A DNA stretch of 64,000 nt from Rhizodiscina lignyota (Eukaryota): contig ML978141.1 of the NCBI GenBank assembly GCA_010015805.1, positions 124,001 through 188,000 on the forward strand, written 5' to 3'. The notes under the pieces were generated by a model. That model was not told where the DNA came from. It saw nothing but the letters and a program-made list of their open reading frames with translations, and did no database searches. Within the stretch, counting starts at the first letter, position 1; each line of letters starts with the position of its first letter. The translations under genes were made by a program, and so were the position numbers. Shown piece after piece: positions 1 through 11,727 of the stretch.

Positions 1-1349
1 CACCAAATGTGAAGGATAGTAATAAAGTTCCTTAGATGGAATGGCAGAATCCATAGCTATTGGAGCAATGTGAATTGTTTTAATTAAGAAGGAATGTATT
101 CAGTTTCAGCTACTGATATGATGATATGATACCAAAGGTTCGAGAATATATCAGAAATAATCAAAGTAACCCGAGAACCATATGTATCAGAGTTAAATTG
201 AGATCATACTTGTTTGCCAACTCGACAGTGTATAAATCCCATAGTCATACATCTCGGCATGCTCAATTGAGGTATCAACATTTAGTATCGATCCCACATG
301 ACCAAACCAACCGGTCCAAGGAGAAAGGATGTGGGATCACTACAATAACTCGCCGAATAAATGTGTAGCATTGACTCCGAGACAGTGATCAATGTTCTGG
401 ACGACATTTGATGAGTTGTTCAGAGTTGTTCAGATTTTCCCGAGTCTCCTTTTCGTGACTTGCAACCGGTATAAGCTTCTCACGAAGCTTATCCTTTTAG
501 TTCGCTCAACGTTTCCTCGAGCGCACTACCATTGGCTGCAAAAGCGGAGAACTGATGCACCTGATCTCAATGATGGTGGACTCTGCTGATGAACGGCTTG
601 AACATAATGCATGCGACGGAAGGGAGTGAACAATAGAGGGCTTGATATTCGACTCGCAAGAAAGAGAAAAATCGTGAAATTCTAATACTGGGCGTATCGG
701 CCTCAGCTCTTTTTCAATGTTTCGAGGAAGCTCATTTACGAGGCTGTTTAGACTCCTAGAGTATCAGACTATGTTCTGCCCATTGCAAGAGGCCGTATTC
801 CCGCTTGGGGGTGGCGCTTCTGGTCTTGCCAATAAAATGAACTTCTTAGCGAGAAAATGAAGAATCAGGAGAGGATTGGTTGATGCCTTAAAATTGATTG
901 TGTGTTCGAGGGAAGCCGGAAAGAAATGAGTGAAATTTCTGACCGGTGTAGAAAGGTCTCGGGTCTCTGACCGGTGTGGAAGAATGCGGCCGAAATCGGT
1001 CTAGTGCGCGTTTTGCAGCAGAAGTCCGATGCAACTTCTTCATCCGAGAGTGAGACGACAGATATTTTACTAACGTAATAAACAGGCCATTCAAGCCCCG
1101 GCGTTATTATCCACAAGCTGGACAGATTGCAGAGCTATGGAGGAAGGATTGACCTTGCAAAAATCAAGAATGGGATTACCAGCCTGACTACATGGCACTG
1201 GGAACTCAAAAATGCTTATTGAGGATTAGTATATGCTGGCACCTAAGTATATGGCATAATAATTTTTCTGTATAATCTGCGTGGAGCGGAATAGAATGTT
1301 ATAGGGAGGAGTGTCATTCAATCATGCGTCTCCTTGATTTCCTATTACC

Positions 1350-3651
1350 TTAGACGTACTCCCGGAGAGGTACATCATTGATCGTTCCCTCGTCAAAATC
1401 AATCGCTATCTCTCTGGGCTGCCAATCGTCCTCATACATTTGGGATATGAAGTAGAGCTCGTGTTCGTACAGCCCAATGTCTTTCGCTATACGGAAATCG
1501 TCCCCTGTGCGGCGGAAGTTAGCCGTACATTATTGTCCTTGAATGGAAGGTACTTACTTTTCTGCTCAACAAGTTCTTTAGTTCGCATCAAGAACATAAC
1601 CTCCTTTTCACTCATCGCGGCAAATGGCGTGGCGTGACGTCTTCGCCAGTCAAGCTTGAACGGGTCGCATGGTTGCGTGCGGTAGTGGTAGTGAGAAAGA
1701 AAGACATTGGCGGCGTGATGGCGCTCTTGTACAAAAGCAGGCATTGCATAGCGACGCTGTTTGTAGAAGATCAGTCGATAATAGTAATCCTTCGGAGTAC
1801 TGAAACTTACTTTCAAGCCATGCTTCCTTGCATTTTTGTAATTTTCGTTTGATATTCTCGCACAACTGTGCATTGACATGAAGGTTATGAGGTAAACTGT
1901 CATCCAAGTGCTTGGCTTGTTCGACAGGATTAATTTCTGCAGATCTTCCAGGACCTTCTTCCGTAGAGGTTGCAAGACTCCCAGGGTGAGGATCATGTCG
2001 AGCTGTTGAATCATAACAGGAGGAAGAGGGACCTTGCCAAAAAGTGGAAAAGACTTATCCACAGTTTCAGGCCTCATGTCCAGTGTGTCGCCGCCGACGA
2101 TATGTTCTGTTGTGTGCGTACGTCGGACAGCAAACCATAGTCGCATGAAATTGCCCATCAGCAGACCCTCTTCATCATCCTGCAATCATTAGCGAGAATT
2201 CGATTGTTCATGGACGATTGAGATTTACTCGATGGCGTTCCATATGCTTGACTGCGAAATCGTATGTTTCTTTGACCAAGGTACCAGTGTCTTGAAGGAA
2301 ATACTTCATGCATCCAAGAACGTTCTTGTCAATATATTCTTTCATGTCCTTTACTGCTGATGCCATGTTGACGATCGCAAATGGCGTTGTGTCTTTGAAT
2401 TTCTTGATCTTGCCATCCATCCATCCCCGTTTTAGAGAGTCTTGGGCAATGGGAAGGAAGCGGCGAGCGCTGACTGTGAACGGAATCTCGCATACGTCAG
2501 ACTGGAGCTGAATTTCTCGAACTTCCGTGCCGGCCCATTTGTTAATGTCTTTTAACTTCATAACCGGCCATCGGAAGGTAAACTCAAGACCCGGAGCCTT
2601 GCCAGTCCGATACAATGTGCATTCCGTGATCTTGTACCGGGCACAAGGTAGCGTGTACAGTCTCTGGTTTGTGACGGTCTGGCATGTTTTGCATGTCCCT
2701 TCTGGGTCGTTTTCATCTATCTCACACTGTGACTGTTATCCCCGGTTCAGAAGTATTAGCAGGATGTTTTCGACTTACCCGAATCTTCTGCATTCGACAT
2801 CGTACGCAAGCTTTCAGTTTGCGTGTACGACTGGTCTCCGTTCGCAGAGTCTGATCTTGGAACTTGCCGCGGTTTTTCTGTTGCGTAGAAACGGCGGACC
2901 TCGAGCTCCTATCGGCACGGACCAATTGGGTAGAGCCGTTGGAAATATTAGGCTCAATTGGGTGCTGGGCAATGTTGGTGGTTTCCGAGTCTTCAATCCA
3001 AATGAATTCGGAGCCTGAGGAGTCTACGGAGGTCCCGAGAGGTTCAACTGAGGGTATTTGGCCACTTTCCCATGGCTGTGAGTCGACCACATCGGCATTT
3101 CTATCCGATGCCTCCGAACTTCTGTCAGAATCTTCACCAAATTGTCCAGTCATTCTCGTAGTTCCACTGAGTTGGGCACCAGGAACTACCCTTGCCGAAC
3201 TTGGGTCTGAATTCCAGCCTAATTGATGTACGTCAAACATATCCGGAGTGCTATCTGGAAGTACTCCAAATGCCGACCAGTCCTCTATACCAAAACTATT
3301 AAGCTGCACGACATGTTGTGTGACGGACCTATGGGTTGCGTGGCCGGTTGGAATTGGATAAGGATTCGAGGGCAGATTGCCTTGGGCTGCGAACTGAGGT
3401 CCTGGCACCCAGCTTTGGGAATCTGTAAGATCCACTGCCCCAGCTATTGGTGCCTGAAGTTTGGGGACGAAGAAAGATGATGCAGCATCGTCAATGTGAT
3501 TTTCGGTGCTTTCTTCGTCATGGCCACCAAGTAACTGTGATATACTCTTGTTGAGGAGGGCCGCCGTACGCGCCAACGCTTCCTGGTCCGTTAATGAGAG
3601 ACCTTGGATATTGATATTTGCCTTCGATCGCTTTCCAGAATTCGACACCAT
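1350..3651 (-). CDS. Zn2Cys6 transcription factor with centrally located zinc cluster (multi-exon)
   Basis: ORFs 2722-3651, 2208-2615 and 1487-2185 join across GT-AG introns. Splicing at ~2776-2727 gives CVRCRMQKIR|CEIDENDPEGTCKTCQTVTNQRLYTLPC. The last exon reads ...LYFISQMYEDDWQPRE...PLREYV* with the stop at 1350-1352. Confidence 0.85.
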
Positions 3652-5042
3652 GGTTTCAGGATCATTGGAAAAGGGGTATGCCCGTTTCTTGGACGATGGG
3701 ATAGACTGTCACAGTCAGAGAAAGATGTGCAAAGTCAAAGGCTCCACGTAAGGAAGATCAAGAAGACAAGGCACGAGATCACGAAGGTATCATCCTACCA
3801 TTCTGAACCATTAAAGTAGCTCAGTCCGATGGTCAGTGCGACTGAGCGTTCGACCTGATCCTGATCACTTCACAAACACGGCAGCTGCGAATGCCCGAGT
3901 GGCTGGTGTTTCGCGGCAATAATCATCCAGCGGTGTGCCAACAAGACAGGTCTCATTCCTTAAGTCGCATACATGTATGAAAGCAGCTCTCGAAAGTCTG
4001 TGAGTGACATCAGGGCGCCTGGGCGTCGGGCTTCCGCATGCTTCCTTACACCGGTCAGGCGTCAAGTTTTGGGCTTGGCCGTCCGCAAAACGAATGCGGG
4101 GGCAGGGCTCAGCTGGCTCCTCGAAGTTTGGGTGGGTGGCCCACCCACAACGGCCGGGCGGCGCCCCGGCCGGGAGCCATTTTAGTTGCCGCCCCTCCTT
4201 AAAACCACCACCTCTTGTATCGACTTGGGGTCCCCTTCTACCAGTTCATCCTCCGGCGCGCTTCAAAGCAATATTTCAGCCGTCGGAAATGATACTGCTT
4301 CAGCTAAGTGCACTTTATTCATTTCAAGCCTTCTGCTCGCTGAAAGCCATGTCTCTCGTTATTTCCTAAAGTCGACTGCACTGCATATCGTTGCCACTGA
4401 TTGCAGGCTACATGCGGAGAGGTCTCCAATCACCGCCTGACAACCCTCTACCATGCATAGCAACAGAAGAGTCAACCCGTTGTGGCGAGCCGTGCCAAGG
4501 GTTAATGCTGAGGGGACTGCAAGGTCGAACTCTACAGCCTGATCCCATCTTGTTGTCACGAGACTAAGAGCCTCATCAGCTGTTCCCAGCTATTCCCTTA
4601 CGTTTTGCTGCCTGAATTTTGTCCTTAAGATGATCTGTCAATCACTCGTATCATGGCACCAGTTCAGTGCTACGATCTTGTTTCTCAGCTTTCACATACC
4701 TTACAAGATAACGAGAGACAGGACGATAGTCTAACACAACCTTGGAGAGCGTTTTGGCCACCGAGCGGAGCTGCTGATCCTGGAATTTGGCGCAATTCGG
4801 AATTTCCAGAGGTTTCCATTTGGAAATTCGATCCAAGGCAGCCGTTTGATCGACCTTGGAGAAAATGGACCCGCACTCTGCGTGCAAAAGCTGAAGCAAA
4901 TCAATACTCGCCACAGAACATCGGGCATGAGATCACCTTTCCTGCGAACAATCGTCGTTGCTGCGAAGATCCCTATGATAGCAATCCCACACATTGTGCA
5001 GTAGCAGCCAAGGAACTGGATGTACAAGCCACGACTCAGGGC

Positions 5043-6084
5043 ATGGGAATTGTTACTTCGTCTTTCGAATACTTGGCTCCATTTGCTGAATCCAGATCGG
5101 AGAAACCTTATCTTAGTCGCCTTCCATCCCTTCCTGGTTTCCGTCGGACCAACATTTCAGGCTGCGATCAGCCAACCCAGGTCTACGAAGTCTCTGGAAA
5201 TGAGCATCTCTTCGCGTTGGACACATCTGGCTTCGCATTCGTCAAGTTTTCCAACCCGATTCTAGACTTCGCAGACTCGACCGTTTGTGAGAGATACGTA
5301 CCCTGCCTTGCCAGTTGGCTAAAATCTTATCTCAATTGCCTCGATGTACACGTATACGCATACAATGTAAGTCTTGTAGCTTTCTAACTGGACTCTCCTC
5401 GGCCTAACCAGGGCACCAAGTTTCGAGGTAATCATTCTGGACAAAGCAAAGACAAGCCCTGGAAGACACCATTCTTTCGGGCTCACTGTGGTACGCTTAC
5501 TCCACCATTTGGGTGATCGAGGATTGGATAATCAACCTCGTCTTCTGACATATTATATTGGACAAGACGCAACACCAAAGTCTTGCTCGGAAAGGCTCCA
5601 AATTTACCTCCCAGGGAAAGCAGAAATACTCGGAAGCAAAAGAGTTCGCTTCCTGAAGTGCGTGTCTTGGTCTTTGAATCAGTGCATGTCGCTGAGCTTT
5701 CTCGCGCAGCATCTGGCGTCCTCTCACGACACCTCTGCAAAACTCCCCATTGGCTCTCTGTGACTTCCGTACAGTATCTCCCAGAGACCTCATCGCTGCC
5801 GATATTTTATTCCCACATTATCTCGACGAGGCCTACGAAGTCTTGCACAGTCCAGCGCATCGGTGGTTCTACAAGCAAGGGATGAAAGAAGAAGACATGA
5901 TCCTGTTCAAGCTGGACGACACCGCTGAGGATGTAGCGAAATGTACGTTTAGAAACAGATCATAAATGCCTCCACATTAACTCCTCAAGCAGTATGCCCA
6001 CATTCAGCATTTATGGACCCATCGGTACCAGCTGACACCCCCGAACGGATGAGCATTGAGGTTAGAGTGATCGCCATCGGCTAG
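5043..6084 (+). CDS. AsaB/CmcJ-like oxidoreductase (often annotated as methyltransferase), multi-exon; possible in-frame upstream start at 4653
   Basis: Family motifs EKPY...TN, F.LDTSGFAF, AHC|D, SIWRPL...SPLALCDFRTV, HRWFY, CPHSAF.DP, ERMSIEVR are spread over five exons with GT-AG introns. Confidence 0.85.
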
Positions 6085-7158
6085 ACGGCTGGAAGGTTTC
6101 TCAGCTGTGATACTAAGAGGTTCTGATGCCTTTGTGGAAAGACCGAAAATTGATTTCTTATTCGATACCAGTCTGGAGTTTCGGTTTCTTGGCTTTCAAT
6201 CGAAGTCCAAGGCTACATCCTGGTGTTTAATATACCCATCGAATGGTCCCCTTGAAGCAAAGATATTAGGATGTTATGAATGGGTCTCTCTGTATGCTCG
6301 GGCACATAAATTGGCACCTTGTGCAGGAATATGCCGACGAGGTAGAGCTTCCTTTCGTTACTTACGACGCAGAGCTTCATTCACAGATTATAATTCTCTA
6401 ATGAGTATTGATCGAATTAAAAAAACTAAAAACTGCTGCTATTGAGAGCTGTTTCTTCTCGAACTTCGCTGGAGTTCCTGCGATGTTTTTATGGCTACTC
6501 TACCAATGGTGAGACCTTCGCGAAATCGAAGGATTCAGCCACTTGCATGATCCCCACAAGCTGTTTGATGTTCATGCAAATAAGATCCAGTCGGTCAGCT
6601 CGTTCTCGTTAGTTATTGCTTTACGATTCTGCCTAACGTTGAGATCTGCAGTGTGGCGTTCGGGGAATACTAAAAGGGCCGCGGCTAAAACGCCAAACAA
6701 CCTGGCAATGTCTCTACAACTCCTTCCGCTGTTCCCTTTTCTAACTTTATTTTCGGAGACTTCGACGTAACCTAGCTTTGAAGATCCTCGTTTGTTTCGA
6801 AAAATCGGATCCAAAAGAGATTCGCCATGGTCCAGGCCAGTCGAAAAGGCCTGCACTGCACAATGCGCATTACGATTGGAGTATGACACTGCAGTTCCAG
6901 TACTCTGGTACACCGCAGCTCTTGAACGCGATTTAGGAAGCTGGCGCTTCTTTTCGCAGGGCCCCTTAGCCTTTTCTTGGAACCCAGAGACCACCACTAG
7001 CCCGCATAGGAGGATGCAGCATACCTATATCGGCATGTATGCAGAAACTCCGCATTTTGACTGATTACCTTGCATGCGCAAATAAGTATGCAGAAACTCC
7101 ACCATGCCTTTGTTTCTCCAGTATTTGAATCTCCAGTGTCAAAGACGCAGTCTCTTCC

Positions 7159-9085
7159 ATGTCGAACGAAACGAAGGGGCAGATGCCTAGCGAGGAGGTC
7201 GGGGAGGTGGCGTTGACGGATCTTGAATCTTCTTCAGCTCAAAGTCCACAAAAGCTCGATGTTCGCAATCACTCGGCCAATCAAGACGATCATATGACTG
7301 ATACCCTCTACAGAGATATATCAGAAAGATCCCTTCATACTTCTTTGACACCATTGTTTTAGCTTCTTGGGAGACTGTCGCAGTCTCTTTCCAATTCGCA
7401 ATCTTCAATGGCGGACCGGTGGCGATGGTGTACGGTTCGATCATTGCCTCCATCGGAATGACCGCTGTAGCCGCATCACTGGCTGAATTGGCGTCTATGT
7501 GGGTATCATCTTGCTTGCAGATTGCCAGAAAATTCGTCAGATAGAGGATGCGGGACTCTAATTCGAGCGTAAAGAGATCCCACTGTCGGCGCGCAGTACC
7601 GCTGGTCTGCAGCGTATGCTCCATTCGCACCCAAGTTCTGGGGATTGATTCAAGGTACGAGAGGTAATGTGAATCTCGAACAGACTCGAACTAACGATTC
7701 CAGGATGGATCACTGTCTTTGCGTGGTGTGTCGGCGTTGGCGGACCGCCAGCTATCTGCGCTCAGATTCTGGTCAGTATAGCTTAGACCGTGCCACGATT
7801 TGATCCCCCTTGCTCACTGCGTACATTTAGACGTCACTTGCGAGTTTCACTCATGCGGACTATGACCCGAAGGCATGGCATACGATGATGATCATGTGGG
7901 GAATGATCATAATCGGACTCGTGGCCAACTTATGGTTCAGGCGAATCCTTAATGCCTTTGAAATCGTTGGCGGGACATTGCATGTTGTCTTCTTCTTCAT
8001 TTCTATCATCGTGCTTCTTGTAACTGCGCGGAAAAGCTCATCCGAGTTTGTTTGGACGACTGTGGTGACCGGCGTGAGTGGCTGGCAGAATTCTGGCGTG
8101 TGCGTGGGTTTGGGTCTCTTGACGACTGCTTTCTCAGTGTCAGGTACGAGATTTGCACACCCATGATTGAGAATCGAGGAACTGACAGCTGTGTAGGCGC
8201 CGATGCCGTGATACATATGGCTGACGAAGTCAACAACGTGAGAACACGCGTACCCCGGAGTATGATGATCGGAGTCATCAGTAACGGTGTGATGATGATC
8301 ATTTGGATCATCGTTTTGCTCTATTGTATCGGAAATCTGGACATAGTGACAGCAGCTTCAAATCCACTTGTCGAAGTGTATTTTGAAGCGACCGGCTCAA
8401 CAGGTGGAACGGTGGCCCTCGTCCTCATCTCCAGTGCAACGATCTTCTTTGCACTATTCAACGCAATGGCGTCGGTCTCTCGTCTCATTTGGGCATTCGC
8501 AAAAGATAACGGTGAGACTTACAGGATGATGCAACTCTGAATAGATATCTGCTAATGTGCGATTGCAGGCCTGCCATTCTCACCAGTGTTTGCACGGGTA
8601 AGTGCGAGTCTGCTCATGCGTGTGTTCGGTCAATGCTAATATATGATTGTGAACAGATTAACAGAAAGTTCGAAGTTCCGCTGAATGCTCTTTTCCTTAT
8701 TTCTGCCATCTGTGTCCTGCTCTCAATCATCTACGTCGCGTCCACCACAGCCTTCAATGCCATTCTCTCACTGCAAACGCTGGCTCTCAATGTATCGTAC
8801 GTTCTGCCGATCCTATTCACTTTTATCCGCAAACTCCAAGGGCGGGCTCCCGAACGCGGACCATTCAACCTCGGTCGATGCGGGATTCTGGTGAACGGTT
8901 TCGCACTCGCGTACTTGTTGTTCGAGATCGAATGGATGCCGTTCCCAACGGAGCTGCCGGTTACTGGGAGCAATATGAACTACGCGGGACCGATTCTGCT
9001 CGCAGTGATTCTGATTGCGTTAGCAGATTACGCCATTAGTGGTAGGAAGAGGTTCATCATCCCTGTTGCCCCAAAGGTGCAATAA
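7159..9085 (+). CDS. Amino-acid/choline/GABA permease (APC superfamily), multi-exon
   Basis: Motifs ASWET, NGGPVAMVYG, SLAELASI|DPTVGAQYRWS, GWITVFAW, DAVIHMADEV, SRLIWAFAKDNG|LP and NMNYAG. First intron 7261-7313. Confidence 0.9.
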
Positions 9086-9290
9086 CCTTGGGAAAGCGTA
9101 TACCTTGAGATTCCAGAGAATTTGGACAGGTGACAGTTACGATAGTCATATGCATGAATGGCAGAACGGTGATTGCATTTGAGCGAGAGAGAAATTTAAT
9201 TTTGCTTTCAGCAATACCCTTGTCTCTCAAATAGCCGAATGAAGGTGCGGAACAGATTCAGTCAAGATCTCTGCTCACAAGCAACGTGTC

Positions 9291-9680
9291 TTAAGACCCG
9301 ACCTTACTGATGATAGTAAGGATGGTTTGATAGCAGAGTCGCTCACACGTGCCAGCAGTCAGGACGAAACCCGCTACAGTGAATGCTGTCTGCGAATCAC
9401 CGCCAGTTGCCGTCCAGGCAATACCGCAAACGCTAGAGGCACCCAGGGAATAGACCCAATGATTGCGATGCGAAAGCGACTCCATCCTTCGACGAACTCC
9501 AAAGCGTGCCGATGATCTGGTTTCCTCAGGCGAAACACCCACTCAATCCAGCTGTCATCAGTAGCTATGGTTGAAGGATGGTTGTATGCGTAAAACACTT
9601 CTTGTAGAGTAAAATGATCCAATGGAACGATGACCGGCCGGATGATGGTGTCATTTGATGCAATTTTGTCAGATGGGCTT
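9291..9680 (-). pseudogene. Truncated, frameshifted fragment of a fungal hypothetical membrane protein
   Basis: RPVIVPLDHFTLQEVFYAY...ALEFVEGWSRFRIAIIGSIPWV continues in another frame as ASSVCGIAWTATGGDSQTAFTVAGFVLT (1 nt missing near 9441). There is no room for a 5' end before the F-box gene stop at 9698. Confidence 0.6.
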
Positions 9681-9697
9681 CTCGCACAAAGTTTCCG

Positions 9698-10516
9698 TCA
9701 AGAAGCGCCATAATGCTCGCTCCAGAGCATCGCACTACTCATCGGAAGAAGACTCCTCGTCTTTGGCATCCCATCCATAGCATCCTTGAATACAGAATCA
9801 GCCTCCCTGCCTTTGGGTGGACGTCGTACGCTCTCGATGCGCACCCATTTGACATAATTGCTTGTCGTCTTCGCAAACAGTTCCGTCACTACGTCTACAA
9901 CATCGCCGAGTGTGATCCCAGCAGGCCGATGCTCGACGTATTTCTGCTCCCATTTTGGTTTTCCGGGTTGATAATCTAGGTATGTGACGAAGGGCGCTCT
10001 GCCGGATCCCATTTCGTAAAACGCGCGCGTACACCACATATCCATGAAGGGAGGGGATGCTAATAGCATGTCCCTCCAATTCCCAGGTGGAGGGAGGCGA
10101 TCAAACTGAGCTCTGCTGATCTCGAGCGCGAAGGTCCATAACTTTGGCTTCGATGGATCCAGGTTATATGCGCTGTATGTGTTATCGAAGGGATATGCTG
10201 TACCCCAGCTCCGTTGACGTAAGAGTAGAAATGTCGTCCATGGATTCGGCTGAGCGGGAGGGAATGCCGACTTCTCCAGCCAAGAAGCTGATTCTGTCTT
10301 ATCGGTCGCACATGGTAGATACAAACGGGCGCGTATGGGCGTTGATACATGCAGAAGCCGTTGCCATGTCCGTGAGACTGATTGAGATAGAATGATAAAG
10401 CGGCTGGAGTGTATCTCTTCGTATGGCCTGTCCCATGGTAGGTTTAACAGAATGAGCTCGAGGAGCTCAGGTATATTGAAGACTCTTGTTGCAGCATTTG
10501 CGATTGTGTCAGACAT
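9698..10516 (-). CDS. F-box-like domain protein
   Basis: Single ORF. N-terminal VFNIPELLELILLNLP...SQSVSRTWQRLL..S..IR..L fungal F-box pattern; later WRDMLLASPP and GITLGDVVD motifs. Confidence 0.75.
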   Translation of the reverse strand: MSDTIANAATRVFNIPELLELILLNLPWDRPYEEIHSSRFIILSQSVSRTWQRLLHVSTPIRARLYLPCATDKTESASWLEKSAFPPAQPNPWTTFLLLRQRSWGTAYPFDNTYSAYNLDPSKPKLWTFALEISRAQFDRLPPPGNWRDMLLASPPFMDMWCTRAFYEMGSGRAPFVTYLDYQPGKPKWEQKYVEHRPAGITLGDVVDVVTELFAKTTSNYVKWVRIESVRRPPKGREADSVFKDAMDGMPKTRSLLPMSSAMLWSEHYGAS

Positions 10517-10710
10517 ATCAGCGTCAATTGTCACCTTTATCAGCGTTCAAAGATGGTGGTGAGGTGAGTAGATACTCTTGTATCGGATTGTGAAATACCG
10601 ATGATCAGCGACCAACTGGGATTGGAATCGGGTGCTAGCCTACCGCTACCTACCGCTACCTAAGCGTAGGTACTCCAGCCAGCGAAATCTTTTCAGCTCA
10701 AAAGACATAG

Positions 10711-10740
10711 GTCACGTGATAAACCGTCGAAGTCACGTGC
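10711..10740. promoter_or_regulatory. Two GTCACGTG E-boxes (bHLH/Cbf1-type)
   Basis: GTCACGTG at 10711 and 10732, about 200 bp upstream of the F-box gene start. Confidence 0.35.
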
Positions 10741-11421
10741 GAATTTTAAAACTGCCTCATCTGAAATTTTGGGCAGAGAAACTTCCTCAAGGAATCATCG
10801 ACTTTTGCGTCAGAACTGTACTCTTTTATGTCAAATCACTGAAAGAATGAAATGTCTCTAGGATGAGTCGAGAAAGAACCTACTTTGTCTGGAGGATCCA
10901 CTCTGCATATCCACGCCGCGTAGGTACCGTCCGAGCAATTAAAGGGAATTCCCTAGAACAGACGTGAGCACTTACGATTTTGCCAGCTTATTACATGCAC
11001 GAACAGCGCGATCACTTGAGCGGATCAAGGGGGAACGCAGCAGGGGATGATAAGTCAAAGTTCAACTGGATGCACTTGAAATTCAAGTCTCTAAGATGCA
11101 TATATGGAGATATCCATTTGGATACCCGATATCCAGTGTGTTATAAGAATGTAGGCTGGCAAACGACCGTAGAATGTTGTGTCAGCGCTGACTATTGTAC
11201 TTAGAATCCCTCGTGTATTTCCCTAAGCGCACTATCTTACCACGTTCGACCTCCGGCGATCTAGCTTCATCGGTGAACGGCCACGAAATCTTACTTCAGC
11301 CTTTACTGCAACAGAAACGCGACTAATTCAGTGTTTTACCTATTTGGCCTGGCATTACCCTTGCGCCGTCGGATGGAATGCCTTCAATTTTGATATTGGC
11401 GCCTCTTGTCGATCGCCATGC

Positions 11422-11505
11422 TACAGTGCGATCAAATCATCAAATCACATCCTAGTACAGCTGGTACAGTGTGATCAAATCATCAACGCATCTTAGTGCA
11501 GCAGG
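11422..11505 (+). repeat. Imperfect ~42-bp tandem duplication in the MFS promoter
   Basis: tacagtgcgatcaaatcatcaaatcacatcctagtacagctgg followed by tacagtgtgatcaaatcatcaacgcatcttagtgcagcagg. Confidence 0.75.
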
Positions 11506-11727
11506 CAATGTCTACGCGTTCTCCAAATAGATGCGCAATTCCTAATAATAAAGAGGCTCTGGACTTATATCACACTCTGGGAACTTGTTTGAGCTTTGTA
11601 TTTGCGCAATTCATATCACCGACTGGCTCGTGTTTAGTCATTAATGTTATGTCTCTGATATCACAACCACCTGAAATTGCCTGACTAATAATCTAACAGT
11701 TTCAAATTGCTACGACGTTGTAAAAGC

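Noticed and set aside
1..1340. Short ORFs and stop-interrupted protein-like frames
   Set aside because: No recognisable motif or consistent exon structure; could be a relic but is unsupported.
6450..7064. Overlapping ORFs 6572-6997 (-) and 6792-7064 (+)
   Set aside because: No family signature or convincing start; treated as intergenic or unassignable relic.
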